The notes under the pieces are model-generated. The model was not told where the DNA came from. It did not search any database and saw only the letters and a list, made by a program, of their open reading frames with translations. This document shows positions 47,860 to 56,555 of a stretch of 64,000 bases of DNA, one piece after another. This stretch comes from a virus: positions 1 through 64,000 of the IMG/VR virus record IMGVR_UViG_3300024265_000039, one strand, 5' to 3'. The position numbers and the translations under genes were made by a program. The stretch's first letter is position 1, and each line of letters opens with the position of its first letter.

Positions 47860-48630
47860 TTACCGGGTCGAGCCAATAACGACGTAATCAACATCCATTG
47901 CCCTGGCTGAGGTTGCGGTCAGATTGGTGATACTGATCCAGGGGGTCAACAGCGCCGTAGTCGCCACTGCCAAAGCATGTGTCGCTACCAGCGTCGGAGT
48001 CTGACCGGTGTAGAAATAGGCATTCCCGGCTGCATCAATCACAATGGAAAAATCACTATAGGCCGTAGAGGGAGCAGCCGTCAGGTCATCGCCTTGTTCT
48101 GTCCCTCCCCCGTTGACCGATACCGCCGAAAAGATGACCGACGTATCGTCATGATTGAACCCGAACAACGCTGCGTCATCGGCTACCGCCGTCGGCGTGG
48201 TATGTGAGGTGAACGCCTGACCATTGGTTTCGGACAGGGCATCGGACAACCCGATCTCAACACCACGCAAGGTAATCGCAGTGATCTGCTTAACACGAGC
48301 GCGGAAGATGATCGGGCCGGAACTGACCAGCCAATGTAACCCCAAACAAAGCGTCGCATTGGCATTGTCATCGGTATGGGTAGTGAGCCGGATTGCCCCG
48401 GCAGCTTGCTGGTTCAGCGTAGCCGTCGAGGAAGTGGACAAATCGGTTGCCCATTCCGCCTTCATGGTATCGCCCAGGAAATCGTCGAAATAGCCGACGT
48501 GGTTGTGCGACCCGGCGTTTGACAGTAATGAAGCAAGCGCCTCATAATGAAACTCCAACGGGACGGGGGTATTATCCCGTAATCCCATTTCGTCGCCCAT
48601 TTGCCGTCCTGCAATATTTACATTACTCAT
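47860..48630 (-). CDS. Capsid decoration/head fibre-like protein
   Basis: YFDDFLG...MDVDYV lectin-like beta-sandwich pattern; position. Confidence 0.55.
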   Translation of the reverse strand: MSNVNIAGRQMGDEMGLRDNTPVPLEFHYEALASLLSNAGSHNHVGYFDDFLGDTMKAEWATDLSTSSTATLNQQAAGAIRLTTHTDDNANATLCLGLHWLVSSGPIIFRARVKQITAITLRGVEIGLSDALSETNGQAFTSHTTPTAVADDAALFGFNHDDTSVIFSAVSVNGGGTEQGDDLTAAPSTAYSDFSIVIDAAGNAYFYTGQTPTLVATHALAVATTALLTPWISITNLTATSARAMDVDYVVIGSTR

Positions 48631-48641
48631 GGGTCACGCTC

Positions 48642-49055
48642 CTATCCAAGCTGGGATGTCTGAGTATCCCAAGTGCTATCTTGGGTGATGTTCCCCTGGT
48701 TGCGGAGACCACGTTTGATTTCGACCAGCGAGTATGTCCCGCCGCTCAGGGTCACCTTGAGGCTGACATACCTTTTCGCGGCAGTGATTTGGGCCGCATC
48801 TATCTCGAACGTATAGATACGCCCGGCGGTATCGGCGGTTACGGCGGCGGTCAAAATATCTTCCGCGCTCGTACCGGAACTGTCTGTTGCAATAGATATA
48901 TCTACCTCAACATCGCAAGATGCGTGCGAAATTAGCATGTAGACAATCCGTTCGGCGTCAGCAAAAACCTTTGACCATGATTGGGTATAGCTTCCGCTCA
49001 GGGCTTGCCCCAGCAACCTGATTTGTGTCTCGTCATGCAGTGTTCTGTAAGCCAT
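48642..49055 (-). CDS. Putative head decoration protein
   Basis: Directly after the capsid gene; ATDSSGTSAEDI..KRYVSLK motif. Confidence 0.6.
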   Translation of the reverse strand: MAYRTLHDETQIRLLGQALSGSYTQSWSKVFADAERIVYMLISHASCDVEVDISIATDSSGTSAEDILTAAVTADTAGRIYTFEIDAAQITAAKRYVSLKVTLSGGTYSLVEIKRGLRNQGNITQDSTWDTQTSQLG

Positions 49056-49068
49056 TGTGTTTGTACTC

Positions 49069-51288
49069 CTAGCTAGTGGCGATCTTGAGGACTTTGATCG
49101 CAGCCGGTTGGGTTACCTGCCCACCCAATCGTGCGCGTCCTAAAAAGAGCGCCTGATCCTGTACTGCATAGGCGCTATCGTCAAACCGTCGAATGCTGAA
49201 TTCTATCCGCTTGCCGATGGTGTAGCCACGGCTCAAATCGCCCAGAATGAGCGGGAAAGCGTTGGCGGCGATGTCGTCAGCGAATTCGTTGTAGACAATC
49301 GGGCGGTTCAAAAGCGATGCGGGGATGCCCTGGTTCAAGCCTTGGTCATCGCCCCACAGATAACGACCGTTAGCATCTTTGATCTGAGCAATGATGTCGG
49401 CAGTATTGGAGTTCATGAACCATTTGGCACGCTTGCGGTATCCGGGCGGTAGCTGAAGCAGCATACTTCGAATAACATCTGGGTCATCCATGGTCGCGGC
49501 TTTCCCACTGGCAAGGTAACCGGAGACACTGGAAACGGCGGTGCTGGCCGATCCGGTGACGCGGGTATCATTGACAATCCCCGACATTTTACCCTGGCCG
49601 TCACCACCCCAAATCAACTCCTCATATTCCTTGGCAATGGCCTCTGCGAATGATTCGGAGATCATCTCTTGCAGATCGAAGGCGGCGTCTTCCAGCGCGG
49701 ATAGAGTTGATGTGGTACTGACAAGCGATACATGGATAGGCAATTGGATTTGCCCCAAGGTGATTTCCGAGATGGCTGAAGCTGCTTGGTTGGCAGGAGA
49801 TTCCCCAGGCCAACTAACGCTACCTGAATAGGCACGACGGCCATCAGACGTAATCAGATCAGGGATCAGAACCCGATCACTTGACGTTTGGCGAACTTTA
49901 CATTCCGCCGCAGTAACTGCATCGACCATGATGTTACGATTCAGTTCGCGCACAAAATCGTCAGGGACAGCAAACCCGATACTGCCTGATGTGCTGGTGT
50001 TGAGCGCCTTGATCGCCTGACCATCAGAATTGCGATGGCTATCAGCGCTCCCCATATCCCTTTCGCCACTCCGCAGGATATAACGCTGGGTTTCGTTCAT
50101 ATTGGGCAGACCGAAACGGATATATTGTACGAATGCTGACTTGTACGCCTTTGGCTGGTCGGCAGCATCCTGGACAACCCGGACGCGCCCCTGCCCTACC
50201 TGGTCTTCACCGGGAGCGGTCATCTGCTCCAATTGGGCAACACGGTCTTCAAGTTTCTCGGTGTAGGATTTGCGGCCCCGTGTCTTTGTACGCGCCTTTG
50301 ATCGACGACGACGGGCCAACTTTTTCATCATGGCACGGAAACTTTTTTCTCCCGCTTCATCATCGTCGAGTTCGGCCATCATAGCTTCGACCGCTTCATC
50401 ATCGTCGAGTTCGGCCATCACAGCGTCGTCGTCTTCATCAAGACCGTCCATCATCACGGCGTCTTCATCATCATCAAGACCGTCCATCATCACGGCGTCG
50501 TCGTCTTCGTCGAGACCGTCCATCGACACGGCGTCGTCATCATCGTCGAGACCGTCCATCGACACGGCGTCGTCGTCTTCGTCGAGACCGTCCATCATCA
50601 CGGTATCATCTTCATCAAGATCGGCGGCAATAGCCTCCACATCTTCTTCAGTAGCTCGATACCCATAAGTTTTCAGGGTATTGCGAACAAATTGCAACGT
50701 GCTTTTTCGTGGCATTGGTGGTTCTCCTTCAATTTGTGTTGACTTCGTAGATATGCCTTCCATCTGTGCGAGGTAAACATGCACAGGGTCAGATTCCGGC
50801 AAGACTGCCTTCATTGCCCGTACCGTAGTTTTATGCGGTTGCGCCGGTGTGGGCGTAATGCTTCCCTCGAATAGAGGCCATACTAAAATCTCTCCGTCAG
50901 GTGCAATTTTCACCAGATGGTCAATGCTTCCCGATGACCAACCGAACTGATGCTGCTTGATCGTCCCGTAGACTTCACGGGCATATTTGTTGGCGAGATC
51001 AATTTGCGCCTGCACCCATAACCCAACATCATCACGCTTCAATGTCTTGACCCTCCCGATTGGATCAAGACCCAACTTGCCGTCGAAACCATGATGAAAT
51101 AGCAGAGGGTAATCAGGAAAATAGTCCAGACGTAACTCAGTTCGGGGGGTGAAAAACTGACCTTCTAAATCCGCATCCGTTGATTTTCCCCAGGCAATCA
51201 GGTAACCCTCGACAAGGCCATTGCCTAACGGTCGTGCCTTGACTCGTAATCCAGGGTGATGAACCATTGTACCGGGGGGTGCAACCAT
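49069..51288 (-). CDS. Prohead protease-scaffold-major capsid protein fusion (HK97 fold)
   Basis: Protease: GYLIAWG, DLEGQFF, LLFHHG, GLWVQAQ, WSSGS, SITPTPA. Capsid: GFAVPDDF, WPGE, GDGQGK, WFMN, KDANGRYLW, LLNRPIV, GDLSRGY. GGAGG RBS at the ATG at 51288. Confidence 0.93.
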   Translation of the reverse strand: MVAPPGTMVHHPGLRVKARPLGNGLVEGYLIAWGKSTDADLEGQFFTPRTELRLDYFPDYPLLFHHGFDGKLGLDPIGRVKTLKRDDVGLWVQAQIDLANKYAREVYGTIKQHQFGWSSGSIDHLVKIAPDGEILVWPLFEGSITPTPAQPHKTTVRAMKAVLPESDPVHVYLAQMEGISTKSTQIEGEPPMPRKSTLQFVRNTLKTYGYRATEEDVEAIAADLDEDDTVMMDGLDEDDDAVSMDGLDDDDDAVSMDGLDEDDDAVMMDGLDDDEDAVMMDGLDEDDDAVMAELDDDEAVEAMMAELDDDEAGEKSFRAMMKKLARRRRSKARTKTRGRKSYTEKLEDRVAQLEQMTAPGEDQVGQGRVRVVQDAADQPKAYKSAFVQYIRFGLPNMNETQRYILRSGERDMGSADSHRNSDGQAIKALNTSTSGSIGFAVPDDFVRELNRNIMVDAVTAAECKVRQTSSDRVLIPDLITSDGRRAYSGSVSWPGESPANQAASAISEITLGQIQLPIHVSLVSTTSTLSALEDAAFDLQEMISESFAEAIAKEYEELIWGGDGQGKMSGIVNDTRVTGSASTAVSSVSGYLASGKAATMDDPDVIRSMLLQLPPGYRKRAKWFMNSNTADIIAQIKDANGRYLWGDDQGLNQGIPASLLNRPIVYNEFADDIAANAFPLILGDLSRGYTIGKRIEFSIRRFDDSAYAVQDQALFLGRARLGGQVTQPAAIKVLKIATS
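50356..50620 (-). repeat. Acidic 36-bp tandem repeat (~7x DDAVMMDGLDED) in the scaffold region
   Basis: Visible in both protein and DNA. Confidence 0.9.
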
Positions 51289-51421
51289 AGGGGAGCCTCC
51301 TGAAAAAACAAAAGCCCCAACCTGTATGAGTAATACAGGTCGGGGCACATTTGTACGCAGACCAAAAACAAACTCGATTTCAGCCTACCACAAACAAAGG
51401 GGATTGCGCAACCCCCCAATT

Positions 51422-51661
51422 TTATTTGGTTTTCTTGGCCGGTTTCAACTTGTACGCTCTCTCTATTGCCCGGACAGCCTGCCACCGCCCCCGGCGAACT
51501 GACTCAAAATATGCCTTCAAAGCGGCGGGAAGACGATCGAAATCCAATTTGTCAATCTCGCGTAATTCTTGAAGATAAGCCCGTCGAATAGCCTCCATCT
51601 GCAACCGCAGTTGGGTTTTGGAAATTTTGTCGTTAATGCTGGAACTGCGGTTGTTACTCAT
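51422..51661 (-). CDS. Small basic protein
   Basis: ATGA overlap with the upstream gene. Confidence 0.6.
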   Translation of the reverse strand: MSNNRSSSINDKISKTQLRLQMEAIRRAYLQELREIDKLDFDRLPAALKAYFESVRRGRWQAVRAIERAYKLKPAKKTK

Positions 51662-52281
51662 GGCGCGACCGCCTCAAGTTCCGTAGCCAGCACTTCCCCG
51701 GATAATGCATGGGCCTCTCCTACGTAGTGTTGAATGGTAGGGAAAGCCGGTTTCCAACCTCGATCTTTGTGGAACGGTTGGATCGGTTGCCGGTATCGCC
51801 GGGATGACCGGGCGGATTTCCCAAACCCGAAACCTCCTACCACAAAAATATAGTAGCGCGTCTCCCCCTTCCCCCAGGTTGATATGGCGGTATTGCCCAA
51901 CCGCAACTTCAACTTTGTGCGCCCGGCTGTCAGGGTATAATTCCATCCCCTGCCGAGCGCACCTTTACGACGATAACTGATGTCATCAGGGGTACCGCGC
52001 CGAATCGCGTCCCGGCGTAACATCATCAAGACATACCGCCTTTGCTTGGGACTTTTCCAGCGCATCTTCATGCCTTTTTGACGGGGAGGGTAGCGGCGCA
52101 ATTCCCGCAACATCGGCCCCATCACACGTATTCGTATCTGGGAGGCAGTACGCTGCATGACTTTGTTTGGGAGCCGCCTCAATCGTTCTCGTGACTTGGC
52201 TATCCGTGCCTGAGCCGCCCGTAAGGTCGTCGGCTGATTGGCGTTCAGGACAATGGTTTTCAGTTGCTTTCTTCGCGGCAT
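51658..52281 (-). CDS. Basic head-completion/neck protein (HK97 gp10-like)
   Basis: YPP, KQRR, YRRKGALGRGW, GN, QPFHKDRGW motifs. Confidence 0.65.
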   Translation of the reverse strand: MPRRKQLKTIVLNANQPTTLRAAQARIAKSRERLRRLPNKVMQRTASQIRIRVMGPMLRELRRYPPRQKGMKMRWKSPKQRRYVLMMLRRDAIRRGTPDDISYRRKGALGRGWNYTLTAGRTKLKLRLGNTAISTWGKGETRYYIFVVGGFGFGKSARSSRRYRQPIQPFHKDRGWKPAFPTIQHYVGEAHALSGEVLATELEAVAP

Positions 52282-52348
52282 TATTTCTCCATGTAAAGCC
52301 CGTAATGCGTGGAGTTTGTTCCTTGGTCATGCCTTAGTGTACAACGAA

Positions 52349-52398
52349 TTGTCATACCGTTGCAATTGTGGCATAATAGAGAAGCAGTAAACGCAAGG
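52349..52398 (+). promoter_or_regulatory. Promoter TTGTCA-N17-CATAAT; its 32-bp -10/+1 region is repeated at 53379-53410
   Basis: TGTGGCATAATAGAGAAGCAGTAAACGCAAGG is an exact repeat. Confidence 0.7.
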
Positions 52399-52423
52399 TG
52401 AACGAATATTATAAAGGTAGGGC

Positions 52424-52603
52424 ATGATGATGTACCAAAAAGCCGAAATTGATGATTTGAGAGAACGGGTGGAGTTCTTAGAGCGGCGAGCCAACGACAC
52501 CCAAAAACATATAGAAGGGCTGATGTCGTTGATTGATAAACTTAAACACAATCAGCAACAGGTGGTAAGCGGTATTCAAAAGGAGTTGGAAAGAAGAGGA
52601 TGA
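52424..52603 (+). CDS. 59-aa coiled-coil protein (below the ORF-track cutoff)
   Basis: MMMYQKAEIDDLRERVEFLERR...; AAGG RBS. Confidence 0.55.
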   Translation: MMMYQKAEIDDLRERVEFLERRANDTQKHIEGLMSLIDKLKHNQQQVVSGIQKELERRG

Positions 52604-52607
52604 TGGG

Positions 52608-52853
52608 ATGAGCAGAATAATGAAAGATGTAATTCATTTGACTATCGAATATATTCACCCTGGGCGCTTTGATGAAGATACTATCCCCAGTGCTATGGAT
52701 GTCATACGCTCTCGATTTCCAAGTTCTCTGCGGATTGATTTTGACAAAACCGAGCGACGTGGACATTCAATGGTCGTAATTGCAATTGTGTGGATTGATG
52801 ACCCAGATAATTGCGACTCAGAGATAGCGGAATCAAAAGGCGTAAGACGATGA
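52608..52853 (+). CDS. Hypothetical protein
   Basis: ATGA overlap with the next gene. Confidence 0.55.
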   Translation: MSRIMKDVIHLTIEYIHPGRFDEDTIPSAMDVIRSRFPSSLRIDFDKTERRGHSMVVIAIVWIDDPDNCDSEIAESKGVRR

Positions 52854-53464
52854 GAAGACATTGGCAATACTTCAAATACATCATGCGCCATAAGTGGTTT
52901 GTGTTGCTGGAATGTTGGCTGGACGGGTTATATTGGCGCGGTATCGTTCACGATTTGAGCAAGTTCTCCCCCTCTGAGTGGAGAGAATATGTATGGAGAT
53001 TTGCCTACAAAAATGTAGACCCCCGCCATATCCATGATAAAGAATATTTGATGGCCTTCAATCATCATTTGAATAAGAACGATCACCATTGGCAACATTG
53101 GTGCTATGTCCGGGATAGTGGTGAAATCAAATACTTGCCAATGCCTGATAAAGCGCGACGTGAAATGCTGGCCGATTGGCGTGGCATGGGGCGGGCGTTG
53201 GGCAAACCGGATACACGCGGTTGGTATCTTGCGAATAGCGAAAATATCCACTTGCATCCTGATACCCGGAAATGGGTCGATTTTCAATTGAAGGTTTGTA
53301 TCTGTGGAGATATGACCTTCAAAGGCTATCATCTTTGCCATGCCTGCTTATTGGGCGAAAGCGCAAGCCGAAAGATAATGTGGCATAATAGAGAAGCAGT
53401 AAACGCAAGGAAGCGCACCCCCCAAGAGGAATGCGCTTCAGATTTCAGTCAGAAAGACCTATGA
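52850..53464 (+). CDS. HD-like phosphohydrolase (DUF5662-like)
   Basis: RHKWFV, HDLSKFSPSEW, HHLNKNDHHWQHW, EMLADW. Confidence 0.8.
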   Translation: MRRHWQYFKYIMRHKWFVLLECWLDGLYWRGIVHDLSKFSPSEWREYVWRFAYKNVDPRHIHDKEYLMAFNHHLNKNDHHWQHWCYVRDSGEIKYLPMPDKARREMLADWRGMGRALGKPDTRGWYLANSENIHLHPDTRKWVDFQLKVCICGDMTFKGYHLCHACLLGESASRKIMWHNREAVNARKRTPQEECASDFSQKDL

Positions 53465-53476
53465 GGAGATTATACC

Positions 53477-54391
53477 ATGCAAATGCAAAATGCGACACTG
53501 TACCGCCTATCAGAAAGTGACAGATTGGAAGCCCGTGCCCAGACGCGGGATAACCTGCTGAAAGGGATGGGGGGGGAACCGCAATGGCAACAATACAAAC
53601 GTGCCGTTGTCCAGGAGTTCCCCGGTTGGCTTCAACTGATCGTGGCCGGACTAGCAACACTGGCTCTGGCAGCCGCCTTCTACATCTCCGCGATGAACTT
53701 GAATACGATTGGGATAGATACGGTCAGCAAAACCCACGACAAAGGTGTTGCTACAGCCGGGATCGCCGTAGTGCTGCTGGCGGAATCGGCCCAGGTGATC
53801 TTCAGCCTTGCGCTGGCAGTCATCGCTAAAAGCCGTTCCAGTCGCGGCATTCTCTTTTCCGGGATGGCCGCCGCTACCGCTATCGCCCTGACCGGCAATA
53901 TTCAGCTAGCATCGCCAGATACCGCCTTCGACTGGCTCCTGGCTATTCTCCCGCCGATGATCGTTCTGGGAGTAGCCTACATCCTCAAAGAACAAATTCT
54001 CAATACGGTGCGCACGCGCCACGCGAACCGGCTGGCATTTCAGGATGCCCAAGACAAATGGGATCAAACGCACCAACACCCGGAAGAGCATCCTGGCTGG
54101 AGGGTGGCTTACGCTACCGCGCTCAAAGAACAACTGATGAAAGTGAATGGCCGGGGGCGAGGAAGAGCCGAGCGGGAACAGGCCATGTCCCAGATGGGAC
54201 GGAGCGAATGGAGCACCCTTGTCCACCAGGAACTTACCAACGATCAGTGGTACATCGACCCGGCATTCCCAGCACCTTCAGCGGGGATGGTTGACGTAGC
54301 GGCCAGTCTCAAAAAGTCAGAAGCGCTTGTCGTCGAAAGCGGTGAGCCTTTTTTAGCCCACAACCCCAACGGGAACAGCCAGAACCGGTAG
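53477..54391 (+). CDS. Four-TM membrane protein; -1 frameshift extension to 54552 adds a zinc finger
   Basis: Four hydrophobic segments, GAGGAG RBS, T TTT TTA at 54349-54355. Confidence 0.75.
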   Translation: MQMQNATLYRLSESDRLEARAQTRDNLLKGMGGEPQWQQYKRAVVQEFPGWLQLIVAGLATLALAAAFYISAMNLNTIGIDTVSKTHDKGVATAGIAVVLLAESAQVIFSLALAVIAKSRSSRGILFSGMAAATAIALTGNIQLASPDTAFDWLLAILPPMIVLGVAYILKEQILNTVRTRHANRLAFQDAQDKWDQTHQHPEEHPGWRVAYATALKEQLMKVNGRGRGRAEREQAMSQMGRSEWSTLVHQELTNDQWYIDPAFPAPSAGMVDVAASLKKSEALVVESGEPFLAHNPNGNSQNR

Positions 54392-54666
54392 AGGACGAAG
54401 GTCGTCCGACAGGTAAGGGGAACCCGGTAAAACGGCGGCGCTGCCTCGCTTGCGACCGCCCCTTCCGCACGCGGAACAGCAGGAGATTGTACTGCTCCAC
54501 AGCCTGCAAGCAGAAATACTATCGTGAGGGCGATTCGTTACGGACAGTGTGAACGTTTGGGTTAGGTTTGCGAGTGTGTGCGGTGTGTACTGCTTGAGGT
54601 ATCTGAACCCAGGCAGAACTTGGAAGTAGGATGCCTCCGAGAGTGCTGTAATGGCGCTCTCTTTGA

Positions 54667-54942
54667 TTACAGTGGTCGCATGATTGCTTCACGGCATTGA
54701 GTATCCGGCGGGGGCACGTCCAACCCGTCATCCAGCAACGCCTGTATGAACTCTGGGAGCAGGGTTGCCAGCAAGTTTTGTGCTTCCGACAGGGTAGTTC
54801 CCTGGGCATGACAGCCCGGCAACTCCGGGTGCAATGCGATCCAGCAAACTTCTCCGCCAGCCGTATCTTGCAGGATGTGGACTTGGTACGGGCGGAGAGA
54901 CAGCCGGTACGCTTCCAATGATACTTGGTTCGTGTCAGTCAT
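54667..54942 (-). CDS. HicB-family antitoxin-like protein (solo)
   Basis: WIALHPELPGCHAQGTTLSEAQ..LLDDGLDVPPP. Confidence 0.85.
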   Translation of the reverse strand: MTDTNQVSLEAYRLSLRPYQVHILQDTAGGEVCWIALHPELPGCHAQGTTLSEAQNLLATLLPEFIQALLDDGLDVPPPDTQCREAIMRPL

Positions 54943-54948
54943 AGGTGG

Positions 54949-55311
54949 TCATCCCAGCAGTGGACGAAGGATCATGCGTGCATCTGTGATAGCTATCATA
55001 ATCTCTTCTAAGTTCTTCTTTAGATCAGAAACCGCCCTCCGATACCTACTGTTATCCTTTGCAAAACCACGAGCCATCAGTTGGACAACTTCGCGCACAC
55101 CCCCGTGCAGCATAGTACAGGCGACCTCGATCAAAGCCGACATCTGCTCGGAAATGTTACGAGGGATGGTTTTCAAAAGGGGTTCCGCCCCCTTCAGATC
55201 GATCAAGACTTCTTCGAGATTGCTTTTCCGAGAACTGTCGATAGAGCTATACGCCCTTCTAACTTTTCTTAAAGCCTTGCCTAGCCTGTCTTCCATCTTT
55301 GCTGCATTCAT
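54949..55311 (-). CDS. Small basic helical protein
   Basis: TGATG-type overlap with the upstream gene; GAGGAG RBS. Confidence 0.65.
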   Translation of the reverse strand: MNAAKMEDRLGKALRKVRRAYSSIDSSRKSNLEEVLIDLKGAEPLLKTIPRNISEQMSALIEVACTMLHGGVREVVQLMARGFAKDNSRYRRAVSDLKKNLEEIMIAITDARMILRPLLG

Positions 55312-56072
55312 CAGTCTCTCCTCACAAGCCCCTCCATCGGGGGCATATTGATGATCTTGAAATCACGGATTTTGAGCGGGTTACATGCCTTCGCCCGGTT
55401 GATGCAAATCCGGCAATGTTCTGCCGGTTGCATTTGCCAGTCCACATCAGCATTGCCCTTCACCGCATCGACGTACCGCCAGACCCACCCGCATTTACAG
55501 TTGTTCCGGCAATCCGTCCTATCTTTCGGGTAAAAGGGCAGGTCGGGGAAGTTTCGGTGGACATTCTTATCCATCGTCTCATAGGCTATCTGTGTCCCCG
55601 CGCCGCCATACATCCGAGCGCGATTAGCAATCCGAGATTCCTTTCGGGCTTCCACCGGCTCACGTTCCAACTGGGCGATCCAGTTATCCAGGTAAACGGC
55701 CTGGGCGCGGGTATGTTCATCCACGCGCTGAATATCTTCCGGGGTCAGGTAACCGATCCCACCAGCACCGGCAGCCGCGCCGGTATAGAGGCTGTAACGG
55801 ATTTCATTGAGCATTAACGCCCGGAACTGGCGCAGGGGAAGCTCCCCTGAGGTCACCCGTTTCGCCAAGACATCCACCCGTTCATTGAACTGGGTTTGAT
55901 AACGCTCAACCATCTCCACAGTACGCTGCTGGCGGGTCTGGGCTTCCGCCTGCGGCTCTTCTGGCTTCCGCCCGGCTAATCTCCCCGCGCCTTCCAATAC
56001 GCGGCGGAAAACGGCTCTAAGGCGATCAGCACCGGGAATAGCCTTAGCAGTTACTTCGGTCATCAGGTCCAT
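55311..56072 (-). CDS. MuF-like minor head morphogenesis protein (may start further upstream)
   Basis: RARMYG, LPFYPKD..CRNNCKCGW, AEHCRIC. Confidence 0.7.
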   Translation of the reverse strand: MDLMTEVTAKAIPGADRLRAVFRRVLEGAGRLAGRKPEEPQAEAQTRQQRTVEMVERYQTQFNERVDVLAKRVTSGELPLRQFRALMLNEIRYSLYTGAAAGAGGIGYLTPEDIQRVDEHTRAQAVYLDNWIAQLEREPVEARKESRIANRARMYGGAGTQIAYETMDKNVHRNFPDLPFYPKDRTDCRNNCKCGWVWRYVDAVKGNADVDWQMQPAEHCRICINRAKACNPLKIRDFKIINMPPMEGLVRRD

Positions 56073-56493
56073 CCCAATAGTGGCGGCATAGTAGCGGCGA
56101 TCTTTTCAAGGCACGTACCTCCAAAAGATCGGAAATTTTCTGGCGGTGGCGGACTTCTGTACGGGCAATTGCAATCCAGTTAATGGCCTTCGCTACTTTG
56201 CGCTTCGCTTCTCGCGCAAAAGCATTGGAGGTATCCCCAGGCCAGGGCTGCCTTAGATCATGGTAAATGTCTGCGGCGACTTGATAAGCCATATCAACTG
56301 ATCTGGGATATTTTTCGCCGGGGTAGGTAACTATATCATGCAATTCCTCAGTGGCAACACGCGCTTTCCGCGAAGCTACATGGATGTTTGGATTCGCGGA
56401 ATTGAGGGCGACATACGCTTTCTTTAAGCTGATCGTCGCCCGGCGTAATGTGGTTCCAAGCCAGCGTTTTTTCATTTGGTCTCCCATCGTCAT
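56044..56493 (-). CDS. Basic helical protein (possibly a frameshifted N-terminus of the MuF-like gene)
   Basis: AAGGGG RBS; overlaps the MuF-like gene. Confidence 0.55.
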   Translation of the reverse strand: MTMGDQMKKRWLGTTLRRATISLKKAYVALNSANPNIHVASRKARVATEELHDIVTYPGEKYPRSVDMAYQVAADIYHDLRQPWPGDTSNAFAREAKRKVAKAINWIAIARTEVRHRQKISDLLEVRALKRSPLLCRHYWDGPDDRSNC

Positions 56494-56555
56494 TCCCCTT
56501 CTATATAACTTACGCTTACCTAGATTATATCATACTTCTTCTGGAAAGGGAAACC

